Assembly: GCA_965153285.1 (NCBI GenBank)
Contig: OZ229116.1
Source of the DNA: Podarcis tiliguerta
Lineage: Eukaryota
Direction: 5' to 3' (one strand)
DNA length: 64,000 nt
A program made the translations under genes and the position numbers. Below are positions 1-10,200 of the stretch, piece after piece; the stretch's first letter is position 1; every line of letters starts with the position of its first letter. The notes below the pieces were generated by a model. That model saw only the letters and a program-made list of their open reading frames with translations. It searched no databases and was not told the DNA's origin.

Positions 1-1242
1 TATGTAAACTCTGCAATTTAAAAACTCTGTTTTGTCAACACCCACCATTAATCTCCCTAAAATCTTAAGCATCATTTTGGCTTTCATATGCATCATTATT
101 AGTAACTTTTATATCAATAGCTTGCAGATTCAGTTCTCATAGTCTTATCTGCAGTGTCCTGTATGCAACAGCCAAACTATTATAAAGAAAAACTTCCTTC
201 TAGTTACTGTTCACATACTTCAGATGCTGAGCTCACTTGAGTATTTTGAAGACCATGTCTTTATTTTCCTACTCGCAGTACTGTATCTGCCTTTTGTTGC
301 CCTATAATACCTTGACCACTCATTATCCTACTGTCTCTCAACTAAGGTCTCTTTGACTTCAGCCTCCTGTGCTGCTCTCCTACTTCCTGAGACTCCTTGG
401 GAACATGACCCTCTTCCAATCCTGTTCTGCAGTAGCTCTAGGCAACCACTTTTTAAAAGTAGCTTTCAATACGAGTCTATTTTTGGCCTGTCCTCACAAA
501 CTTGATTCTGAAAGGAACCATTGTTGAGGGATCAACCTTTTGTGTAGGATTGCCTCGGGCAGCTTCATACAGCCGCAACCATTTGATGGACACAATTCAG
601 ACTATATGCTGTAGATTTATGTTTTCCACACTTGTGCCCACAAATACGAGTGCTAGAAAGACAGCAATCTATAAAATTAAAGTGGTCATGTCTTCAAATC
701 TGTTCAGTTAAACAGGGTTCTTGAGTTTCCATTTCTCCCTCATAATCTCAGAGTTACATTTCAGAGGAAAATTTTGTATTCCAGGGCACAAATTTGGAGT
801 CAGAAATAGTACAGCTTTAATAATAAGATATACTTGCTGTTGTGGGGTGGAAAAACCCTTTTGAAGCATATCATATTTGAAAATGAGGCTGAATTCAGAC
901 ATATTGTATTGCCCTGATGATTCTATATAAACAGAAATGTAAATGCTGAGTTTTAGAAGCAGGCTGATACAATAGAATATTGTTATTATGGCTCAGCATT
1001 CTGGTACTTTTGTTAGTAACACGACTAGTAACACTAGTAACACTTTTGGAGATCAACATCACAAACACCCTATGCTTAACAAGGAAATAATTAAAATTGT
1101 TTTGAGAAGTGATTGAAAAGATTAAAATTTAATAAACCTACCAAATACTGTTCCACAGTATTCTTATTGTGCTTATAACCATATGTGTCTAAAATTGTGA
1201 TGCATTTTCCCTTCTCCATTTGTATTATGTCCTTTTTAACAG

Positions 1243-1255
1243 AAAGCACAGCTGA
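1243..1255 (+). CDS. SEH1L: SEH1L terminal coding exon, short isoform (...RKHS*)
   Basis: Pyrimidine tract + ttttaacAG at 1241-1242, then A AAG CAC AGC TGA (phase 2: (R)KHS*), matching the C-terminus of the short SEH1L isoform as I recall it. Same phase as the alternative acceptor at 2970. Confidence 0.85.
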
Positions 1256-2969
1256 ACCCAAGCTAACTGGAGTAACTTTGCTGTTTTGCTGCTTGTTGCA
1301 TGCACACAGGAATGGAAAGCGAACTCCTTTTCCCCCTCCCCAGCGCCGTTTGACCTCTTCCCAAGACACCAGCAGTCTGCCTACTACTAAAAGCAAATCA
1401 AAAGGCTCTATTAAAAAACACTGTATGCGTACTTTGCTAGCCAGCACAGTATGACCTTGTTGGAATCTGTGGGGAAAAAACAGTAACAGGGAGAGTTTTC
1501 TTGTGGAGACACTTCTCCTTTTCCTCTTCAGAAAAAGATTATTTTTTTATAAATCAGAGTGGGGGAAGTTCACCCAAATAACAAGGATTACCATCCTTTA
1601 TATTTGAGGTGTTGGGGCGGGGAAAGTATTAGTGTGAAGCCTTGGTAATCAGTTGGTTTTCATTTAAATTGCTTTGAATAATTGATTTTGTTCTACATTT
1701 TGTTCAGATGAGTCTTAACCATTACATTTTTGTTAATGGATTTGCAATGTGCAAACTTAACTAAGCATTGTTGTACCTTGACAGTTGTACAGTTAGTATC
1801 TTAATTTGGAATTGCTTCACAATTAATTAAATACTATTTCAGAGTAAACAAACAAAAAATTCACCAGAAGCCCCCACACTAATTAATGTCATACTTTTAG
1901 TGAGAATGATCTTACCTGATAGTTGCATGTTCCTGTGGCATGATTCCATGGAATAATTAGCAAGACTTCCTTTGGTCACAATATTGTAGTGGAGAACCAT
2001 ATCCATATGAATGTTTGTCATGTGGCATTGACAATTTGCTCTGGAATTATTGTCCATTGCCTTCAAGATGCTTCATGCATTACATAGTGAGGACACACAC
2101 TGCTTCTGTACAATTGAGTTATTGCTCTGGAACAGACTTAAACAGTGTCCTATTGCAAACATTCATCAGGACATGGCAAGAAAACGCCTTGTTTTATATA
2201 GCGGCATGTCACTGTAGCTCTAAATATGTCCTGTCTCCAGATTCTACTAACTTTGCCATTCTGTTCTGTAAATTTGTCTACATTTCCAAAGATTGTAAAG
2301 ATTACAAAGTGGTGTCTTTAATATTACGGGTAAGTCATAAAAAGTGACATGTAATAGTTCTTTAAGCCTTTATTTTACCAGATGTATTTGGTTTTATCCT
2401 ACATTTTCTCCAGAATTATGTATATATGCACCCAGACTGTATTTCAGTGGAAAAGGAGTCACTTATTGTATATTGTGGAAATCTAAGCACTGTAAAAACA
2501 GTTTTTTTTCACATCTGTCCTATAAAATCTGCATTAAAGTTAATGAGGATGCAAATACAGCATAAATATATCTGCATAATTAATGTGTGCCTGTTTTTCT
2601 GCAAGTGTTTACTAAAAACATGGAGTTACATGGTTTTAAGGAGAGAGCAAACGTGTTGATAAGTTAGGAACTCATTTAATTTACAGATAATTTATTATTT
2701 TGCAAAATGCACATAAGGCATATCTTAATTTAGAGATATTGTATTCAAACCAAATAGTTTCCAGACTGCCATTACCATTTTTGTTTTGATTGCGAACATG
2801 ATTTTGGCCATTATATTTTATTTTTGGCATGGATTTACTAAAGCCTTCACCCCCTCCCCCCAGCATGTCTTTTCTCTTCCCCTTTGGTTCTCCTCATATT
2901 TACTACTATTCTCTTTTTTCTTGTTTTTCCTTTTTTCTTTTTTGGTGTTCCTGTCTTCATTGTTTTCAG

Positions 2970-3159
2970 GTATTTCTTTCCCCCTCTGGATTCCCCACGG
3001 GCTGGATCAAGATGGTCCAGTTATGCCCAGCTCCTACCTCCTGCTCCTCTGATAGAGCACTCTTGCGATGCTGCCACTGCCAATCTCCAGTATCCTCACC
3101 CTCGCAGACGATATCTCTCTCGACCTCTTAACCTATTACGGGAACATGAAGGGGTTTAA
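2970..3159 (+). CDS. SEH1L: SEH1L alternative terminal coding exon, long isoform
   Basis: Long pyrimidine tract ending ttttcAG (2969), phase 2. Encodes (R)YFFPPLDSPRAGSRWSSYAQLLPPAPLIEHSCDAATANLQYPHPRRRYLSRPLNLLREHEGV*, very close to the long-isoform SEH1L C-terminus. SEH1L lies upstream of CEP192 in other amniotes. Confidence 0.93.
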
Positions 3160-3505
3160 TGCACATTTAAAACTGTATTAAGGGCCTCAATCAGATGCTT
3201 GTAAAATGCTTGCGTTTCTGTCTGCTTATTATTATTTTGCATACTTTCTCCCGCCAGAATTCACTGTGCTAGCGCTTATGCACCAAATGCTAGCTCTGCT
3301 ATCCAATCCATTTTCAACCATGATGAAACAAATAAGCAGTATTAGGTGTGGGTCATACACAACAGATAAGTTCAAAGTGCTTGTTCCACCATTTTTTAAT
3401 TTTTATTTTTTGTATTCAATCTACTGTGCTATTTTCATTTTAATAGATTTTGTTTGTATCCTGCATTGTTTTTGGAAATGTGTCCTTAAAACTAAATAGA
3501 ACTTG

Positions 3506-3511
3506 AATAAA
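3506..3511 (+). terminator. SEH1L proximal polyadenylation signal
   Basis: AATAAA followed about 10-25 nt later by a GT-rich tract (ctgtgtctgtgtgtgg). Confidence 0.55.
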
Positions 3512-3757
3512 ACTGTTCTACTGTGTCTGTGTGTGGGGGGGTGGATCTTAATTTCCAGCAGCAAACTTCTAAGTGACCGGATTCTTGAGGCTTTTTCCAG
3601 CCCTGGACATTGGTACTGAAATGGAATGCTAAAGTAAAAATGCAGTATTTGTGCATTCTGCAGCAATATAGAATTGGTAGTGTGTTTAGTCACTTGCAAA
3701 CATTTTCACTTTTTTGCATAAAAATATTTACACTACGTTGTTTTATAATTGTAGGTT

Positions 3758-3763
3758 AATAAA
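3758..3763 (+). terminator. SEH1L distal polyadenylation signal
   Basis: AATAAA with U-rich upstream sequence and a GT/T-rich downstream element (tgtcgtgtggtggttttattt). Confidence 0.65.
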
Positions 3764-3968
3764 AAAAATGAAAGTTATGTCGTGTGGTGGTTTTATTTAA
3801 GTTGTACTTATTTCTAAATGTATAAAAGTGAATATTGGGGAAGATTTCACCTATGACCATAGGTTTATGCTGTGCACCTTGGCCTGTTCTGTTTCTAGTC
3901 TTAGCCACCTCGGGTAGAGCATGTGGCATCTGAAATAACATCATCCCCAGAGAGAGGTATCATAATTT

Positions 3969-4023
3969 GTAGAGCATGAGACTCTTAATATCAGGGTTAT
4001 GGGTTTGAACCCTACAGTGGGCA
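3969..4023 (+). mobile_element. Degenerate tRNA-Lys(CTT)-derived SINE head fragment
   Basis: gtagagcatgagactcttaatatcagggttatgggtttgaaccctacagtgggca resembles the tRNA-Lys body and B box, with CpG decay and no intact 5' acceptor stem. Confidence 0.65.
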
Positions 4024-4730
4024 GTAAACAGTAGTGCACTGTGGACTTTTCTCTAGGCTAACGATATTGAATGTTTCTTGTAGAAATGTTTTCAAGTAAA
4101 GTAGAAATATGAAAGAATTACCCAATTTGGCTTGGTGCAAAAATACAACTCTTCCTGCAGTCTTCACAATGTCTGTTCAGAAGTAAGTCTGAGGTAAAGG
4201 GTAAGGATTGCAGCTTTGGATGCAGCTAAGCAGTAATATTAACATGTGGCAAAATCCTATGCCGCTGCTGCTGCTGTTTTGGTGATCACTTGAAGCTGAT
4301 AAGGTAAGATTGTCTTTCATGAACACGGTCTTAATAGTGAGTCCATCAGCAACTCAGAAGTCCCACTGTGTGCTGTGGACAGAATGTTGTTTGATTTCTA
4401 AATAAATCTGCATAAAATTATGCTTCCAATACTATGGTCATCAAAGAACATCCAGTATAATTGCCTTAAAGCCTCTGCCCTCTTTCTTGGATAGGGTGTG
4501 TGTGTCCAAAGAGCTGTCTTGAGTAATCCCAAAAGGCTTCATATGACCTCAGTGATTTTTTTATAAAAATAGTTTAAGCAGCTGATTCTGTTCCCATGCC
4601 ACACTTTCTGTCATGAGGGTGATTTACAGCAATCCATGCTGAACTATTCCAATTACAGTAATTCATTAGAACGGAACTGCAGGAAACAGTTCAGGGGGTG
4701 GTCTTGAACAAATAATTCTCAGCATCACCT

Positions 4731-4806
4731 ATTATTATTTTTATTTATTAGATTTATATACCACCCTTCATCATAAGATCTCAGGGCCGTTGACAGAATA
4801 AAATAA
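4731..4806 (-). mobile_element. L2/Squam3-type retroposon 3' tail fragment
   Basis: (ttta)n tail plus tttatataccacccttcatc...ctcagggccgttgaca, typical of the reverse-strand L2-family 3' end in squamates. Confidence 0.5.
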
Positions 4807-5204
4807 AGGGTAAAACAAATAAAACAGCAAATCCATACTCCCCTTTCTATTGGCAGGATAAATTGAGAGTAAGTCTGTCGCCTTTGATTTTACGCTTTGT
4901 GACCTTATGTATATGATATAGTGTATTAAAAAAACAATAACTGCAGGACTGGGAAACTTTTGGGCGCTTTTGTAAATAAAATAACAAGCAAGCAGACTCG
5001 CAGCGAGATCGTTATCGGTCACCTCCTCAAACCCCACCAGCTCTCTTTCCCGGACTGTTTGAAAGTGGCGTGTCACCGCCCTTTCGTCCAATCAGAGAAG
5101 CGCTACACTTTCCCTTCGTTCCGTTCTCGTAAACCAATAGAATTCGCATGTGTTTCCTCCCCGAGCCCGCCCTCCGCCTCCCCCCACCCTGCTCCGCCCC
5201 GCCC

Positions 5205-5238
5205 GCCGAAATCCAAAAGCGAGTTTCCTAGGCGCCAG
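5205..5238 (+). other. CEP192: Candidate non-coding first exon 1a of CEP192 (start approximate)
   Basis: Strong donor CAG|GTAAGG at 5238/5239 just downstream of the CCAAT/GC-box cluster. Confidence 0.5.
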
Positions 5239-5329
5239 GTAAGGGGCGTGCGCTTGCGCACTTACAAGAAACTAGAGGAGGGGGGCGTTTCTCTCTCTTT
5301 CCCCCTCCCTCCCTCCCTCTTCCAGAGTT

Positions 5330-5438
5330 CGAGACTTGTTGGGGTTGCCGTGACGTTTCCGAACGGTGTCCTCGCGCATCAATGCGCGTGCCCGGAGGCG
5401 CCCGAGAGCTGCCGTTCCAGCGCTCGCTTTTGCTTTGG
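5330..5438 (+). other. CEP192: Candidate non-coding first exon 1b of CEP192 (start approximate)
   Basis: Donor TGG|GTGAGC at 5438/5439 followed by intronic G-runs; preceded by an NRF1-like site and a pyrimidine-rich stretch. Confidence 0.55.
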
Positions 5439-7035
5439 GTGAGCGGTTTGGGAGCGGGGGTTGGGTGGTGTGTTTTTTTTTTGGGGGGGGCATGTTTTTC
5501 TCAATCGGAAGCGGCCGTTTTAGGTCGTTTTAGGGGCGGTTTCCATTCTCTCTTGCTTCCCGCTTCCCCTCCCTCCTGTGTTGGCGCCTAAAGCGAGTGT
5601 CGGCGAAGCTTTTTTTGGCGGGTGTCCCGAGAAGAGAGGACGGAGGAGCGGAAGCCCGTTTCAGGGGGAACCGGGGGGGAAGGGGGCTCCCCTTTGCTTC
5701 CCTTCACTTCAGCCCAGCGCCGTCCTTAGCAGGAAAAACGCTAGAAATCGGCGCCCTCCACGTGTGCCTGGCGCAGTTATTTATATTCCGCGGTGGGGAC
5801 AGAGTTCCTCTTCCTTTCCTCCTCCTGCTCTGCCTCGGAAGTGTCCATACTCCTTTCCTATAAGTTGCCCATAAGAAGGTCGATAACCGGACAAAGCTGA
5901 GCCACATCTCGGCGCCGCAGCAAACCGTGAATGAATGCTGTGTTGGACGGTGTCAGGGAGTGTTTCTGAGCATGTGTAGAGGGCTGCTCCGGCACCGTGC
6001 CCCTGCTGGTCCTTCTGAGCTAATGTGCTATGGAAGACTACTTTGAAGCTAGCAACACTGAGCCATATGGCTCCCGAACAGTTGCAGAAAAGAACCCTTT
6101 TCTTTTAAAAAGTAATTCCTGTAAATTCAACAAGGCAGGTAATTGCTACTTTTGTCGCAAAAGAAATAGTCTTAATTTATCTCACAGATTTGTGAAGTAC
6201 TTGCCTTGGTGTGAAAAAATATATTTGGAGCTGACCAAAACTTAGTTGTGATTCAGAATTATTTTGTACGCAGGAGAGTTGATGATGCTTCTCACATTCC
6301 CCCACTCCCATAGTAAAGGTTTTGGTTGAAAGAGCATTAATGAAAAATTGAGTACGTACACCATTCTCTCTGCTGTACCCCACTTCAGGTGCTGGCAGCC
6401 TCTAGAAACAGCAATAAACTCATGCCAATCGGCTTAAACAGCTAAATATAGCACCTGCACTGTGTGTAGTCAGCAATCTAATGAGCCGTGTTCCTGAAAA
6501 GAATTTATTTTGTTAAATGATTGACAACCCGCATGTGTGTTTTGGTGCTTTGTATAACTTGATTTTGAAAATAAAAATACAGTAAAAGTTGTGTTTTGCA
6601 ATTGTGATTGATGTAACTCTAATCTTGGACTGCTCTGGCATTTTGCTTTCAAAGAGCTTGTACCTGTTCCAGTCCTTCAAATGTGTGTTCCTTTTGCGTT
6701 TGGAATTTCTAGAGCGTATTGTGAAAGAATTTACTCAGTGTCTGTCTTTGTGGAAGATGTAGGGATAACTGTGCTACGCTTGTGTCGGCAGTCATAGCAA
6801 AGTCAAACAACTGCACAGCTTTTCAGTTTTGTTTCTCAGTTATTGAGCTCCTGTAGCAATTTAGGAGCTTGATGACAGGTCAGTCTCTGACTGTACACTT
6901 GCCGTCTAGGAAACAAAGATTAGACAATGTGATTTAAAAGTACTGATAAAATAGAACATTTCTTTAATATTATCTTGCTGACTATGTGTAACCTCTCTCT
7001 CTTACCCTTTAGGGCAGCTATGAGAAGACAGTATA

Positions 7036-7202
7036 ATGGAAGACTTCAAATGTATTGCAGATGAGACGTTTCCAAGTGTTTTGCTCAACTCTGTAACTGG
7101 CTGCACCAGTGACATTTTTGACAATATCACAATTTCATCAACTCTTGGTATACCAGTTGCTGCTTCAACTGAAGCCAGACGGAAAACTGGCTCTCATGAC
7201 GG
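7036..7202 (+). CDS. CEP192: CEP192 coding exon 1 (acceptor at 7013)
   Basis: MEDFKCIADETFPSVLLNSVTG...LGIPVAASTEARRK; strong Kozak ataATGg; donor gg|gtaaga. Confidence 0.95.
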
Positions 7203-10200
7203 GTAAGACATCTGTTAGTTCATGACTAGAAATTCATAGGTGAGTGTAGGGAAGAATGTATTGACTGAAGGATTGCTCATGGCTGGTAATTTCTAAATCT
7301 GAAACTGTTTCCAGGCATGGCTTTCTACTTCCATCAGTGTATGATTCATGATAAAAATAGAATCTAGATAATTGGAAATCTTATATAAAGTTTGTTGAAA
7401 CGGAATTCAGCAAGCTCATAATTATGTGCTGAACTGTCAGACATTGTGTAGTAACTTGGAGGCAAGTAAAGCAGGTACTGGCAAGGGGCTGTTTGAAGAC
7501 TACCTCCTCTCCTCCCAAGTGGTGAGATCTGGAGCAGGTCCCAGATATATTAGCATATTGTTTCGGTCACCCTCTTGTGTGTAGAGGTGAATACCTGAAT
7601 CCCTAGATATTAAAGCCATTTTTGCTAGTAGCTGTAATATACAGGGTTGAGTAACAGTAGCTGCTCTTGAGGCAGTTAGCTGGAGGTTACTAGTAACTGC
7701 TGCTGACCACTGCTTTATGGGGAAGGAGACTCCAGTACCCTTTCCGGACGGAGTTGTGAAGCAGCTTGGGGGCTGCTGGCTTAGCACTATGAAGACTTGT
7801 AGTTCCTAGCAATGGCCATTGACATCAGCAGTATCATTTAGTGAGCCACCTCATAAGCTGCTATTATTAGGCAAGATGCTGAAAACTGAAGACTATGGTG
7901 GGAGGAGGGGAAGCAAATATGTTCCTTTTTCAAAAGAAGAAGAAGAAGAGGACTGCTCTAACTATGAGACACTAAGGACTAGAGTACCTTCCTCATTTGA
8001 TTTTACCTTGGATTACTACTGGAGACAAATTTATCATGTGGTTAATGTGAGGAGGTAGTGCCACATCATAAGACATTCCTGATCACTGAAATGGTCTTAA
8101 ATCTAAACAACAGAGCTGAGAACTTGCAAAATAATGGTTTTGTTTTCTCTGTATTGCAGACAATATGATGAAGCGTCTTATATGGACAATAGATTCCCTG
8201 CTCCATTAGCATCTTCCTGTAGTGGTGAATCTGATTCTGATCCAAGAAAGAATCTTAACTTTCAGGATACTGTGTAAGAAGTAGATTACATAATTTAATG
8301 TTACATCTTGTGTTGGATCCAAAGATACATTTCTGCTCACGGAAGACTCCCGTCTGCTTATAGATTAGAACTTTTTGATCCAATTTAAAAATAACTTTCA
8401 AGAGATATTCTCTGACAAATAGGTTTCATGAATGCCTGATTTAAATGTTGCTGCATGTCTTATCACTTTTAACAGCAGAGATGTGGGTGTAATTTCATTA
8501 TATATCTTTTGCCAACAGAAAAAAACACGGTTCCTCTTCTTCCAGCCTTCAGCTAATTAAAGAACCTATGGTCTTTTTAACTCTTTTTTATTGTTTTGTT
8601 TGTTATTTGTTATGTATTTTTGTGCTTTTATACTGTAAACTGCCCTGTGAAAAGTGGTATATAAATTTAATAAATATAATAATACTATAGTACCCCAGAT
8701 GTTGGACCTAAGCTTTCATAATGCTTGACTGTTGGTCATGCTGTTGAGAGTTGCAGTCCAACATCTGAAGGTCCAAAGGTTCATTCCTGTTCTGGACTGC
8801 TAAGACCATGAAATATACTCCTTATGTTTTAAATCCTAAAATGTATGTTAAGATTAACCTATAGATAGTAATGAAAACCCAACACGGTTGTTCCTTAGAC
8901 TAATTTCTGTGGCGTGTGGAGTTGTCTCACAAGAGAGCCTGTGGTCAGATTGTATCTAGCAAACTCACCCGCTCAAGGCCACTTATGACTCTAGAAGCAC
9001 ATCTTATATACTCCCTATTAAGTTCTATCTTTTGCTTGCATGGTGTATATAATTTTTCCCAAATTATGACATGTTCAAGGAACATAAGTTTCCTGTGAAA
9101 ATGTTTAGGTAGATGCTGCTAATAAACCTAGCTTGGGTGTGGTTGTTTTTTAAAGTGTTGAAGTAGGTAACTACTTCCTGGCTTAGCTTGTTAAAAAGTA
9201 CCTGTAAGATCCTAATATATTTTTCAGATTTTAGCCTTAGTTAACTTTTTCATTTAAGTTAGTCTAATATTGATATTACCAGTTGAGAAGCACTAGAAAA
9301 TCTTTATATGTTGCTGGAAAGCTAAACTCGCCTCCCATCTCAGAATGATCCTGGGAAATAAAACTTTTATTCAAACATACCTACTACGTTGGAGCTAGAA
9401 GGAAAACACATGAGAATAGGTTTATGGAAAGATGTACTTAGTTTGTAAAATTTTGGAACGACAAGCTATAGGCTAATATGCAAACTTAACTATAAAAATA
9501 TTTATACATGTTAAACACAAATTAAATTTGAGTTGGAAACTTCTTATTAAGAATTGACAGTGACTGTATATGTTTTATAAACATGCCTTTTATTATAAAT
9601 ATTATATTTTTAAATAAAATGCAGCAGGTTGCAGCTTCCTTCCTACAATATCCAGGGTGTGATCCAATCTACAAGATACCACTAGGGAAATTATTCTGGA
9701 ATATATAGCTTGGTGTGGTTCAGCAAAACAATGCAGGTGGAGCTGTCTGACATTAAGTATATAAAACCACTACTAAGCAGTTGTAAAATTAAGATTAAAA
9801 CCTTCATTTTTACTTTCTCAGGGAATGCTGTAATAAAGCTGCAGACAATCAGTTGGAGTCAAGCCAGAAAGAATCTAATGTTTTGCAGCAAAAACACCAG
9901 CATTTTTCTAATGAATGCTCTGGAAACCAGTGGCATTCTTTGCATGAGAGGCTTTCACTTCAACACTTGGAAGGTAGGCAGTTTTCACAGTATCTGTAGG
10001 AATACTATTAAGCATTCTACAATGTATTCTGTAGTTCTGCTAAGTGTGGTATCCTCATTTGTGATACCTCAAGTGTAATATAGCTTTCCCTCTAATATTC
10101 ACTTGAGTTTCCCATCAGTTTGGAAATGAACTGGAGCTACCAAAAATAAGGTAGTAGCTGGCATCTACGTAATTTGGCTGGCTAACTTGGTGGGAATAGA

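Larger units (their letters stand above)
4955..6010 (+). promoter_or_regulatory. CEP192: CpG-island promoter of CEP192
   Basis: Sharp rise in GC and CpG. CCAAT boxes at 5088 and 5134, CCGCCC GC boxes 5165-5205, CHR-type TTTGAA 5058-5063, NRF1-like TGCGCTTGCGCA 5249-5260, GTGACGT near 5350, E2F-like TTTGGCGG near 5614. Lies 1-2 kb upstream of the first coding exon. Confidence 0.9.

Noticed and set aside
3969-4023. Functional tRNA-Lys gene
   Set aside because: 5' end missing, stems and B box mutated; better explained as a SINE head.
4960-5907. Overlapping 60-160 aa ORFs in the CpG island
   Set aside because: Expected from stop-poor GC-rich DNA; low complexity and no recognisable homology.
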